Positions 1 to 8,497 of a stretch of DNA of 24,000 nt are shown one piece after another. Origin of the DNA: Terriglobia bacterium. Lineage in GTDB: Bacteria > Acidobacteriota > Terriglobia > UBA7540. The position numbers were made by a program, and so were the translations under genes. Every line of letters starts with the position of its first letter. The stretch's first letter is position 1. The notes under the pieces are model-generated. The model was given only the letters and a program-made list of their open reading frames with translations, searched no databases and was not told the DNA's origin. The DNA is taken from positions 57,631-81,630 of the forward strand of contig DASUJZ010000101.1 of assembly GCA_036278995.1 (NCBI GenBank), written 5' to 3'.

Positions 1-324
1 GCCAGGAATGGTAAGCCAGTCTGTCAGCGAATCATGCTCTCTGGCAATGGGGTCCCGGCGCATGAAGGTGCTGTCAAGGTTCTTGAAGGCGTTCAGGTAC
101 AGGTGGAAGTAGAGGTCACGGATGGCGTCGTCGGTGTGATTCCACCACGTCAGTACGTAATGCCCCTTAACGGTCTTTGTGCCGGGATACAACGAGGCCG
201 ACATTTTGTAGTGAACGATGGGATGTTCAATGCGCGACTGGTAGGTCTGAGCTGTAGCGAGAGAGGCAATCGCGGTTAAGCAAGCAACCAGGCTGCCCAC
301 CAGGACTCTCCAGGATTGGCGCAT
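1..324 (-). CDS. Secreted M1-family metallopeptidase (aminopeptidase N-like), N-terminal fragment; the gene continues past the window start
   Basis: Absent from the ORF track because it has no stop in the window. The reverse complement of 1-324 is open and in frame from ATG (324-322): MRQSWRVLVGSLVACLTAIASLATAQTYQSRIEHPIVHYKMSASLYPGTKTVKGHYVLTWWNHTDDAIRDLYFHLYLNAFKNLDSTFMRRDPIAREHDSLTDWLTIPG. It has a signal peptide followed by the 'L.W.N....I..LYFHLYLNAFKN' block that I associate with bacterial M1 peptidase N-terminal domains. The HExxH catalytic motif would lie outside the window, so the family call is from memory only. Confidence 0.45.
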   Translation of the reverse strand, partial: MRQSWRVLVGSLVACLTAIASLATAQTYQSRIEHPIVHYKMSASLYPGTKTVKGHYVLTWWNHTDDAIRDLYFHLYLNAFKNLDSTFMRRDPIAREHDSLTDWLTIPG

Positions 325-664
325 CAATTCCGCCTCACAAGCGGCCTGAAAGGTGAAATGAGCTCAGTGCTCTGCCACTGCTACTCGAAACGGCGGTTAT
401 TTTATCAAAAGTGGGGCGGTACGGGGAGGCATTCGATCATTATGAGCGATGGCGTCCGGAGGCATCCCGCAACGGCAAGGCATTTTTAGGCATCCAAAGA
501 TTCTCGTGGTCCATGGCCCGAGTGGGGGCTATGCAGCATGGAACTTAAGCGGCTATACTTGAAATTTTGCGTACGTTAAGTCGTTGTCAACAGAGCGTTG
601 TGGGAGGGAATCCGTCAGAAAAACGGCGCAGCCCACCAAAGATCAGGAAGGAACAGGTAAGCTT

Positions 665-3247
665 TTGCAGACTGGCGCACACCACTTTAAATTCAGGCAA
701 CCGGCTGTTTTCGCTCTTCTCATCCTCGTACTTGCCATCCTTCATAGCCCCGTTTCCTATGGGGCTTCCCCCCAGTCGACTCAGGAACTGCGAGGCCAGA
801 TTCTTGACGAAAACAACGGCCCGATTGCCGGAGTTGATTGCATTCTCCAGGGAGGCATCCTGCCCACCCAAGGGGTTACCGTGACAACTGGCTCGAGAGG
901 TGACTTCAGCATCCGGGGCTTGCTGCCGGGGCAGTACGTCCTGACCTGCACGGCGCTCGGATATCAGCCGTATGTCAAGACCGATCTGGCCGTAGCCGCG
1001 GGCCAGGCTAACTACCTTCGAGCCGCTATGCCGACGCAAAAGAAGCTTATCCAGAAGATAGAAGTTCGGGCCAAGGCGGGCAGCGCTGTAGAGCAGAGCG
1101 GGGCGCCTCCGGCCACACTCGGTTCTGAGGAATTAACAACCTTGCCGATCGCAGAGCAAAAATTCAAGGCATTCCTGCCGCTGGTTCCAGGGGTGATTCG
1201 ATCTCCGAATGGAAAGATCAATATCAAGGGATCCGTAGAAAATCAGGGCATGCTGCTGGTGGATGGCGCACAGACCGTGGATCCCATCACAGGGAGCTTC
1301 GACATCGATCTTTCGATCGACGCCATCCAATCGCTGAATGTTTACAAGGCGCCTTTTGACGCCCATTATGGCGGCTTCTCGGGCGGATTAACCACGATTG
1401 ACACCAAAGCTCCTTCCTACCAGTGGGGCTGGGATTTCAACGACGTTTTTCCTGGTTTTCGGGGCCGGAGCGGGCATCTGGTGGGCATCAACGACTGGGA
1501 ACCCAGGCTCACCTTTACCGGTCCCATCCTGAAAAATCGCCTCAACTTTTCCGAGTCATTCAACTACGACATCTTGAAGATCCCCGTCCGGGGACTTGCC
1601 TGGCCCAATAACGAGACGAAGAGGGAAGGCTATAATTCACTCACCACGTTGCAATATGTCTTCTCACCCCGGCATCTTTTGTCATTCAACCTTCATCTGT
1701 TCCCGCACAAGCAGGAATTCGCCAACATCAATTCGCTGGTCCAGCAGCCTGCCTCCGCCAATCTTTCGGAGCGCGGCTATTCCGTGCAGGGGAATGACAG
1801 CTATCAATTCGAATCAGGCAGCATCCTGAACAGCTTTTTCAAATACACGCGGTTTGACGCCAACTCGCACGGCCAGGGCTCTGAGACGATGCTGATTACA
1901 CCCAACGGCTTTGGCGGAAACTATTTCAACGCATGGGCGCGAAAGAGTAATCAGGAAGAGGGCAGCCTGACTTACCGACTCCGTGGTTGGAACTGGCTGG
2001 GCAAGCATCAGTCCGAAATCGGCGGCGATTTTATCTATCGCTCCTATACGGGAACCAGCGTGTCCCGTACGGTTCTGGTGACACGGCAGGATGGCACGGT
2101 GGCGAAACAGGTCGATTTTCTGGGTGCAGGCGGCGTTCCTTCCACCCAGTCTCCGTCTTTGTTTTCGACCAGCAATGCGGAGGGGGCGGCGTACGCGGGC
2201 GACCATTGGATGCTGACCGATCGCGCCGCCGTGGACTTCGGATTTCGCTACTACGGCCAGGCCGTGGGCGACCCCGCCACTTTCGCGCCGCGAATGGGAA
2301 TTGTGTTCACTCCAGGCAAAACGGGCCGGACGGTCATTCGGGCTGGTGTCGGAATATTCAAATCGCGCATACCACTGCTGGAGGCGGATTATGGCAGCAA
2401 CCCCGCGCGCGTAATTTCCCTGTTCGACCCCACTGGAACTATGGTGGGCCTTCCTGTGACCTACATGAGCCAGTGCGCCACAAGAATCCACACCGGGCTG
2501 CGACTCGTATCGGATTGTTCTGATCTTGATGCCACACCTTACAACCTGACATGGAGCGCGGAGCTCGATCGACAGATCACCAGCCGCATAGCTGTCCGGG
2601 CCAGCTTCCTGGGCAGCAGCACGTATAAGGATTTCGTGGTCAACCCTCTGCAAACGTCGGCGATAGAGGGTATGATGTTGCTCTCCAACCGCGGGGCAGC
2701 GCGATACCACGAATTAGAGGCCATGGTAAGTTATCGAGACAATCGGGGAAACGAGCTCAACGCTTCGTACGTCCGCAGTAGAACGATTGGCGACCTGAAC
2801 TCCATGTCACACATCTACGTCCCCTTTGAGGATCCCATCATTCAGCCAGACGTATACGCCAGCCTTGATGCCGACGTTCCGGACCGTATGATTGCATGGG
2901 GAGTTTTTCACCTCCCGCAGAAGGTCGTGTTTGCTCCAGTTATTGATTTGCACACGGGATTCCCATGGTCAAAGGTCGACGAGTTCCAGAATTATGTTGG
3001 CCCGCCCAATAGCAACAGGTTTCCGACATTCTTCTCCCTGGACTTCAAGATCTGGAAAGTGCTTCCTCTGCCGCGCTGGCTTCCCTGGGGAGGCGGTTTC
3101 AAGCTGCGGTGGGGCATTGGGATCCGCAACCTGACAGATGCTCGGGATCCGCGGGACGTTTACAACAACATCACTTCGCCCAATTTTGGCCACTTTGTCG
3201 GATTGCAGCACCGAGTGATCGAGGTCAACGTAGACACGGGAGAATAG
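665..3247 (+). CDS. Oar-like TonB-dependent outer-membrane receptor with N-terminal carboxypeptidase-regulatory-like domain
   Basis: Track ORF 584..3247 (TTG start). It has a signal-like segment FRQPAVFALLILVLAILHSPVSYGA. This is followed by a CarboxypepD_reg-like module (LRGQILDENNGPIAGVDCILQGG...GDFSIRGLLPGQYVLTCTALGYQP). Next comes a TBDR plug-like block (INIKGSVENQGMLLVDGAQTVDPITGSFDIDLSIDAIQSLNVYKAPFDAHYGGFSGGLTTIDTK), then about 600 aa of Gly/Tyr/Asn/Ser-rich barrel-like sequence. The only other in-frame start is TTG 665, preceded by GGAAGGA (646-652). It puts the signal peptide at the N-terminus, so I prefer 665; 584 remains possible. Confidence 0.8.
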   Translation: MQTGAHHFKFRQPAVFALLILVLAILHSPVSYGASPQSTQELRGQILDENNGPIAGVDCILQGGILPTQGVTVTTGSRGDFSIRGLLPGQYVLTCTALGYQPYVKTDLAVAAGQANYLRAAMPTQKKLIQKIEVRAKAGSAVEQSGAPPATLGSEELTTLPIAEQKFKAFLPLVPGVIRSPNGKINIKGSVENQGMLLVDGAQTVDPITGSFDIDLSIDAIQSLNVYKAPFDAHYGGFSGGLTTIDTKAPSYQWGWDFNDVFPGFRGRSGHLVGINDWEPRLTFTGPILKNRLNFSESFNYDILKIPVRGLAWPNNETKREGYNSLTTLQYVFSPRHLLSFNLHLFPHKQEFANINSLVQQPASANLSERGYSVQGNDSYQFESGSILNSFFKYTRFDANSHGQGSETMLITPNGFGGNYFNAWARKSNQEEGSLTYRLRGWNWLGKHQSEIGGDFIYRSYTGTSVSRTVLVTRQDGTVAKQVDFLGAGGVPSTQSPSLFSTSNAEGAAYAGDHWMLTDRAAVDFGFRYYGQAVGDPATFAPRMGIVFTPGKTGRTVIRAGVGIFKSRIPLLEADYGSNPARVISLFDPTGTMVGLPVTYMSQCATRIHTGLRLVSDCSDLDATPYNLTWSAELDRQITSRIAVRASFLGSSTYKDFVVNPLQTSAIEGMMLLSNRGAARYHELEAMVSYRDNRGNELNASYVRSRTIGDLNSMSHIYVPFEDPIIQPDVYASLDADVPDRMIAWGVFHLPQKVVFAPVIDLHTGFPWSKVDEFQNYVGPPNSNRFPTFFSLDFKIWKVLPLPRWLPWGGGFKLRWGIGIRNLTDARDPRDVYNNITSPNFGHFVGLQHRVIEVNVDTGE

Positions 3248-3351
3248 TCCTTTCCGGGGCATGCCGCTCCGGCCGCGTGTGAGCGTGCCCTGGCTCTGCG
3301 TAATCACGATGAGAGGTCCGGCTGCTGCAGATTAGCGCTCGGATGTAATTG

Positions 3352-5190
3352 ATGCCTCAATACGAAGTAGAGCACGACACACTGAACTCCAACAAGCCTC
3401 GGCAAACAGCTTCTACGCCCGCGCGGAACGCCATCCCGTGGATTTTGATCCTCATCGTCTGGATGTCGGTTTATTTGCAGGGCGCATTCCGTCCTTCTCT
3501 GCTGGACGACGCCGATTCCACACACGCCGAAGCGGCGCGTGAGATGTACGAATCGAGAGATTACGTTACGCTGCACGTGAACGGCATCCGGTATCTTGAA
3601 AAGGCTCCTTTGCCCTACTGGCTGGTGGCGTTTGGATTCTCCGCTTTTGGAGTTTCGGAGTTTGCGGTGCGCCTGCCGATCATACTTTCCATCCTGCTTA
3701 TGATTGGCCTGGGGGCGCTGTGGGGATTGCGGGCGTTCGGCAGGCGCGGGGGAATCTATGCCGGGCTGTTTGTAGCAACATGTATCGGCTGCTTCCTGTT
3801 CACGCGAATCTTTATCCCTGACGTTATTCTCAGCCTGCTGATTGCCCTGTCGCTCTATTTCTTCCTTTCGGCGCTCCAGTCAAGTCGGCAGCGTGAGTGG
3901 CGATGGTATGCTGCGTACGCCCTCATCGCCCTTGCTGTGCTCACAAAGGGCCTGGTGGCAGCGGTGTTTATCGTCATTCCTGCTATCGGATACCTGGCGC
4001 TGACGGGCGAGTGGCGGCGCTGGCGGGAACTGCGACTGGGCAAAGGAATTCTCATCTTCATTTTGGTGTGTGCTCCGTGGCACATCCTGGCAGGCGTCCG
4101 CAATCACGGATTCTTCTGGTTCTATTTCGTCAACGAGCAGTTCCTGCGCTTTTTGGGAGAACGCTACCCACACGACTACAATAAACTGCCGCCCGTCCTC
4201 TACTGGGGCCTGCATCTGGTCTGGCTGTTTCCCTGGAGCCTCTATTTTCCGCTGATCTTCCGCGACCTTAAGAGGGACATCGCGGCGGCGCGAAATCCAT
4301 CGGCGCTTAACTTCGCAATCCGTACGCGGGCGCTCTGCTGGGTCTGGGCAGGCGTCGTGCTGGTTTTCTTTTCATTTTCGACCAACCAGGAATACTATAC
4401 CTTTCCCGCTTATCTTCCCCTGCTGCTGCTAATCGCCGGGAGCCTGGCGCGCGATGAAAAACAGAAACGTTCAAGCCGATGGACGGTTGTCGGCAACGGG
4501 CTTTATGCTGCCGCAGGCCTGGCCGCGGGCGCTGTGCTGGTGGCCGCGCTGTGGGCTTCAAGAAACGTGCCGCCCGCCGCCGATCTAGGCGAATTGCTGG
4601 TCCATCGCGAGGTTGCCAATAACACGCTATCGATGTCAAAATTTTTCGATCTCACCACTTCGGCTTTTGCGGCGCTGCGCCTGCCGGCGGGACTGGCCGC
4701 CGCCGCGCTACTTATCGGACCGCTCGCGGCCCTTCTTCTGCGCCTCCGCAGGAAGCACCTGGCCGCCACCTGGGCCACGGGCCTTGCCACCGCGGTTTTC
4801 CTGATTGCGGCTCAACTCGCGTTTGTCCGGTTCGGGCCGTTTCTCTCTTCGAGCCGTCTGGCCGATGCGATCCGGAGCCGTGAAAAGCCGGGGGATATGG
4901 TGATGATCTATGGCGACCAGGCTTACGGGTCATCGCTGCTGTTCTACTTAAAGAGGCCGATTGATCTGGTGAATGGGCGGACGACTTCAATGTGGTTTGG
5001 CTCGACATTTCCTGACGCGCCGCACATCTTTTTGGATGATGGTGAGCTTGCCCGCGACTGGGGCGGCGAGCATAGGATATTTCTATTCGTTCCTCCAGGG
5101 CAGCTCGACACGGTAAATCAAGTTCTGCCCCAGCCTCGATATGTTGTCGCTGAAAGCTCCGGGAAAATTGTCTACAGCAACCAGCGGTGA
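3352..5190 (+). CDS. GT-C fold membrane glycosyltransferase, ArnT/PMT-like (GT39/GT83-type, polyprenyl-phosphate-sugar dependent)
   Basis: Track ORF 3349..5190 (TTG), with ATG at 3352. It is a polytopic protein with at least 10 hydrophobic segments. The first loop, LLDDADSTHAEAAREMYESRDYVTLHVNGIRYLEKAPLPYWLVA, matches the acidic-motif / 'KxPLxYW' N-terminal signature of ArnT/PMT_2 family enzymes. There is a soluble C-terminal domain of about 120 aa (MVMIYGDQAYGSSLLFYLKRPIDLVNG...). Donor and acceptor cannot be read from the sequence. Confidence 0.75.
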   Translation: MPQYEVEHDTLNSNKPRQTASTPARNAIPWILILIVWMSVYLQGAFRPSLLDDADSTHAEAAREMYESRDYVTLHVNGIRYLEKAPLPYWLVAFGFSAFGVSEFAVRLPIILSILLMIGLGALWGLRAFGRRGGIYAGLFVATCIGCFLFTRIFIPDVILSLLIALSLYFFLSALQSSRQREWRWYAAYALIALAVLTKGLVAAVFIVIPAIGYLALTGEWRRWRELRLGKGILIFILVCAPWHILAGVRNHGFFWFYFVNEQFLRFLGERYPHDYNKLPPVLYWGLHLVWLFPWSLYFPLIFRDLKRDIAAARNPSALNFAIRTRALCWVWAGVVLVFFSFSTNQEYYTFPAYLPLLLLIAGSLARDEKQKRSSRWTVVGNGLYAAAGLAAGAVLVAALWASRNVPPAADLGELLVHREVANNTLSMSKFFDLTTSAFAALRLPAGLAAAALLIGPLAALLLRLRRKHLAATWATGLATAVFLIAAQLAFVRFGPFLSSSRLADAIRSREKPGDMVMIYGDQAYGSSLLFYLKRPIDLVNGRTTSMWFGSTFPDAPHIFLDDGELARDWGGEHRIFLFVPPGQLDTVNQVLPQPRYVVAESSGKIVYSNQR

Positions 5191-5196
5191 TCGCTG

Positions 5197-6411
5197 CTAC
5201 ACGGGACAACCTGCGTCGCTGGAATCCGTCGCGCCTGGACGGTTTTGAGGGACCATCCGCCCGCCAGCAACGAGCCGATAGCGCTCTCCGCGCCAGTCAA
5301 TCTCTGAACCCCAAAAGCTCCCGCACCACAGGATGAATCCAAGAAGGTCGCGAAGCGGATAGAGCCAGCAGTAGAGCGCGGAGTCGCGGTCGCGATTGAC
5401 GCCCCATCCAACCACCAGCGCCTGGACCACGCGGTTGACAAATGCAATAGCTAGCAAGCCCAGCCCGAGCACCCAATTGCCGGACATCCATCCGGCAGCC
5501 AGGGCGAGCACGCCAAACGGCATAGCAAACGTCAGGCCCGTTCCAATATGGCCCAGACTTCGCGAAAATCGCGAGCTCTTCATCCAGCGAAGCTGGTGGA
5601 GCATGGAAGCCCGCGCAGAGCGGTTCAGAACGATGTGGTTAATCACATGGTGCGACAGCACCACCTTGCTGCCGGCTGCATGGGTTAAGGCGCCCATGAC
5701 GAAATCGTCGGCACAGTAATCCCGCAAAACCCCAAAGCCGCCCCACCCCTCCAGCACGTCTTTCCGGATGACCATTGTGGGGCCAAGCGCGAACTTCATC
5801 CCTTCCAGTAGATTAGCCACGAGCACGCCGGAAGCTAATTCGATCGACATGCCGAGCGCTTCGAGAAGCGACCAGAAGCCCCCGGTCGAAACTCCGCGAT
5901 AGAGACAAGTAACCATGCCGACCTCCGGATCAAGCATGGGCTTTACCACTTGTGCGAGGTAATCCGGTGCGACGCGCACGTCGCTGTCGGTGATGAACAG
6001 CGTCGAATGGTTGGCCAGCGGCACCATCTTCTCCATCAGGCATACCTTGGCGTTCGGGTAGCCCGGATGGCCAGAGAGAACGGTCTGAGTTGAAACGTGC
6101 GCGTACTTCTTACTGAGGGATTCGACGATGGCGAGCGCCGGGTCTGACCGAACCCGCGCGCCAAAGATAAGTTCGTAATCCGGATAATCCTGGCGGAAAA
6201 AGCTTTCCAGACATTCTTCGAGCAAGGGCTCGGTGCCGTGCAAGGCCTTCAAAACGCTCACCGGCGGCAGGGCTGCCTTCCCCTCTGTTGGAACCGAGTA
6301 AAGCTGGGCCGAAATCCGAAAGCGCACAGAAGCGACCACCACCAGAACAAGGTAAATGCTGGCAGCGGACAGCCCGACACCGGCGATGATGAATAGAACG
6401 TGTTCAATCAT
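5197..6411 (-). CDS. hpnI: HpnI-type (GT21 / ceramide-glucosyltransferase-like) hopanoid glycosyltransferase, paralog A
   Basis: Track ORF 5197..6420 (GTG); ATG at 6411 gives MIEHVLFIIAGVGLS... It has an N-terminal TM segment. Motifs present: PPVSVLKALHGTEPLLEECLESFFRQDYPDYELIFG, the DxD-like ITDSDVRVAPDYL, CADDF, the QxxRW motif (HQLRWMKSSR), and C-terminal TM segments. This is the GT21 architecture shared by HpnI (BHT N-acetylglucosaminyltransferase). The 'LHG.EP...L.SF..QDYP' block looks closest to the canonical HpnI I remember. The symbol is tentative because a second paralog sits next door. Confidence 0.65.
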   Translation of the reverse strand: MIEHVLFIIAGVGLSAASIYLVLVVVASVRFRISAQLYSVPTEGKAALPPVSVLKALHGTEPLLEECLESFFRQDYPDYELIFGARVRSDPALAIVESLSKKYAHVSTQTVLSGHPGYPNAKVCLMEKMVPLANHSTLFITDSDVRVAPDYLAQVVKPMLDPEVGMVTCLYRGVSTGGFWSLLEALGMSIELASGVLVANLLEGMKFALGPTMVIRKDVLEGWGGFGVLRDYCADDFVMGALTHAAGSKVVLSHHVINHIVLNRSARASMLHQLRWMKSSRFSRSLGHIGTGLTFAMPFGVLALAAGWMSGNWVLGLGLLAIAFVNRVVQALVVGWGVNRDRDSALYCWLYPLRDLLGFILWCGSFWGSEIDWRGERYRLVAGGRMVPQNRPGATDSSDAGCPV

Positions 6412-6513
6412 GCGCCACACAACGACAATGCGCCTGAAATATCATAAGGCAAGGAGTGTAAATCGAGCCAAGATACCAGGAATGGTCGCGCTGTAAGGCA
6501 GGAAACGCAGCGC

Positions 6514-7674
6514 TTAGTGTTTACTGGGCGCAGGACTCAGCCGGCCCTTGCGGATATAGAACGCGTTGCCGCGCCACTCGATGCGCCGTTTGGAAAAGCT
6601 GGCGGCCAGGATGAAGAATGCGAGCGCATCCCAGACAGGCACCAGCCACCATTTCCTGCTCAGCAGTGGATCTTTCAGGCCCCACACGCCCACAGTCCAG
6701 GCGACAGCCATCCGAAGCATCAGGTACGCTGACCAAAATCCCGCTGTTGCCTCCCATGTGTGGTGCACCAGGGTGGCCGCAATGATCCACGGCAGCGCCT
6801 GGGTAAGCAGCCTGCCCAATTGGCCCCACGGCCGCGAATTGGTTACTCCAACGGCCCAGCGAAGCTGGTGTCTGATTGCGTCGAACAGCCCTTGCGATGG
6901 AGAAATGCTTGCAACTGTGTAAGGGATCAACTCGACTTCGTGACCCACATCAGCGATCCGGCGCCCCAGTTCAAAATCATCGGAAAAGCAATCCGCAATG
7001 GCCTCGAATCCGCCCAGTTCTTCGAGGCGCTCGGCGGTTACGGCGATGCTTGCGCCCAGCGCAAATTTCACGCCTTCCAACTGCCGGGCCACGACCACGC
7101 CGGCCATAAAGTCGGAAGTGAGGCCGACGGCCTCGATCTCAGAAGGCAGTTTGGGTTCCGGCTGCATGCGGTACATGCAGGTGACAGCGCCGACGTTCGG
7201 GTTCCGAAACGGGTTGACAATGGCCCGCAGATAATCGGGTTCAACCCGAATGTCGCTGTCACTCAGCACCAGGACCGGGTAGCGGGCTTCGTGCGACAGC
7301 CGGCACAATTGGCGCACCTTGCGGTTCCAGCCCTTCCACGGAGAACCAACAAAGAGGCGGATGGCCCGGCTGGGGTAATCCTCGATGAGCCTCCGGATGA
7401 CAGGGATAACGGGGTCATCGACGTCCATCACTCCGAAGAGTATTTCGTATTCGGGGTAATCGAGATTGCAGAAGCTGGCGAAGTTCTCGTAGCATTCGCG
7501 GTCCATCCCCTTGACAGGTTTCAGGATGCTGACCGGCGGGCAGAAGTCAGGATGGCGATCGACAGGACGGCGGAAATACCTCCAGGCGCTGAAGAGCGCG
7601 GCCAGATAGTAAAGCAGTGAAACGATAGCGCCAACTGAAACAACCCATTCCACCAGGTGAAAGTGCGCATGCAT
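6514..7674 (-). CDS. HpnI-like GT21-family glycosyltransferase, paralog B
   Basis: 386 aa, ATG at 7674. It has an N-terminal TM segment, then PPVSILKPVKGMDRECYENFASFCNLDYPEYEILFG, LSDSDIRVEPDYL, FSDDFELGRRIA, QLRWAVGVTNSR, and C-terminal TM segments. It aligns by eye along its whole length with paralog A, with roughly one third of residues identical. Confidence 0.7.
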   Translation of the reverse strand: MHAHFHLVEWVVSVGAIVSLLYYLAALFSAWRYFRRPVDRHPDFCPPVSILKPVKGMDRECYENFASFCNLDYPEYEILFGVMDVDDPVIPVIRRLIEDYPSRAIRLFVGSPWKGWNRKVRQLCRLSHEARYPVLVLSDSDIRVEPDYLRAIVNPFRNPNVGAVTCMYRMQPEPKLPSEIEAVGLTSDFMAGVVVARQLEGVKFALGASIAVTAERLEELGGFEAIADCFSDDFELGRRIADVGHEVELIPYTVASISPSQGLFDAIRHQLRWAVGVTNSRPWGQLGRLLTQALPWIIAATLVHHTWEATAGFWSAYLMLRMAVAWTVGVWGLKDPLLSRKWWLVPVWDALAFFILAASFSKRRIEWRGNAFYIRKGRLSPAPSKH

Positions 7675-7692
7675 TGCCTTCGTCCTATGTTT

Positions 7693-8064
7693 TCAGATGC
7701 AAACCAGAGCTACTCCGATACAGACGATGATGACGCCGGTCCACCTCTCCCGGTTTACATACTCGCCCAGTAGAAATTTAGCGCCCAGAGCGCCAACCGC
7801 GTAACTCGCAGCCGTAGCTGGAACCACCAGGCTCACGTTGGCCCACGAAAGAAGCGCCAGCAGCGAAAAAAACGCCACGGCCATCAGGCCCATTCCGATC
7901 CACAGCCACTTCACTCTGAGAGCCCGGCCGAGAAACCGCAACACGCTGAGCGGGGTGAAGCTCTTGACGTCGCCAACGGTTTTCATGGCGAGAGAAAGGG
8001 AAATATCGCCCATCTGTCCCGCCACCACAATAATCGCGATAAATAGGGCTGTGCGACCCGTCAT
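7693..8064 (-). CDS. Half-size (4-TM) EamA/DMT-superfamily membrane protein, subunit 2 of a putative heterodimer
   Basis: 123 aa with four hydrophobic segments. The C-terminal block LSWANVSLVVPATAASYAVGALGAKFLLGEYVNRERWTGVIIVCIGVALV is EamA-like. Its ATG (8064) overlaps the stop of the upstream paralog (ATGA on the minus strand, 8061-8064). Confidence 0.7.
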   Translation of the reverse strand: MTGRTALFIAIIVVAGQMGDISLSLAMKTVGDVKSFTPLSVLRFLGRALRVKWLWIGMGLMAVAFFSLLALLSWANVSLVVPATAASYAVGALGAKFLLGEYVNRERWTGVIIVCIGVALVCI

Positions 8065-8477
8065 GAATTATGACTTGTGCTGGGGTGCGTCCTGCCAACC
8101 ACGAAAACGCCTACGCAGATCAGGCCAACGCCGATCCAACGTGTGGGCGGGACATGCTCTCCCAGAAAGAAGTATCCCATCAGGGCCACCAAAACATAGC
8201 CAATCGCCGAGGCAGGCGAAACGTAGCTGAAGTCCGCCCAGGAAAGCACAAGCATGTAGCTCACCAGGAAGAGCATCAGGAGGGCAATAGCCAACCAGAT
8301 GGTCCCACTGCCAAACGCTCTGGCAAAAAAAGCGATTGCGCTCCCCAGAAACCAGTGCTGGGGTTCACCCAGCCGTTTCATACCCCGGCTCAGCAGGACA
8401 TCACCCGATGACCCAAAGGTGACCATAAACGCCAGCAGGATGAGGGTCTTGCCTCGCTGGCTTTTCAATTCAGACAT
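8061..8477 (-). CDS. Half-size (4-TM) EamA/DMT-superfamily membrane protein, subunit 1 of a putative heterodimer
   Basis: 138 aa with four hydrophobic segments. The EamA-like end is LSWADFSYVSPASAIGYVLVALMGYFFLGEHVPPTRWIGVGLICVGVFVV. It starts 20 nt after the hpnJ stop. Size, topology and pairing resemble ArnE/ArnF-type small DMT pairs. Confidence 0.7.
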   Translation of the reverse strand: MSELKSQRGKTLILLAFMVTFGSSGDVLLSRGMKRLGEPQHWFLGSAIAFFARAFGSGTIWLAIALLMLFLVSYMLVLSWADFSYVSPASAIGYVLVALMGYFFLGEHVPPTRWIGVGLICVGVFVVGRTHPSTSHNS

Positions 8478-8497
8478 GAGCTTTCATAGCCCAAAAA

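Noticed and set aside
554-559. TATACT, considered as the -10 element for the TonB-type receptor gene
   Set aside because: The -35 position reads ATGCAG (2/6) and there is no extended -10. Not supportable.
1814-2710. 298-aa minus-strand ORF, plus several 60-180-aa ORFs between 567 and 3307
   Set aside because: All are nested inside or antisense to the TonB-type receptor frame. None has motifs, and all are Arg-rich.
4712-5209. 165-aa minus-strand ORF spanning the convergent junction
   Set aside because: Antisense to the 3' end of the GT-C gene, with Arg/Pro/Ser-rich composition. Not supported.
6488-6513. Hairpin GCGCTG-N14-CAGCGC directly after the stop of HpnI-like paralog B, considered as a terminator between the two paralogs
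   Set aside because: The stem is short, the loop is large (14 nt) and there is no U-tract. The two genes are probably co-transcribed.
6760-7620. 286-aa plus-strand ORF
   Set aside because: Antisense to HpnI-like paralog B, which has the full GT21 motif set.
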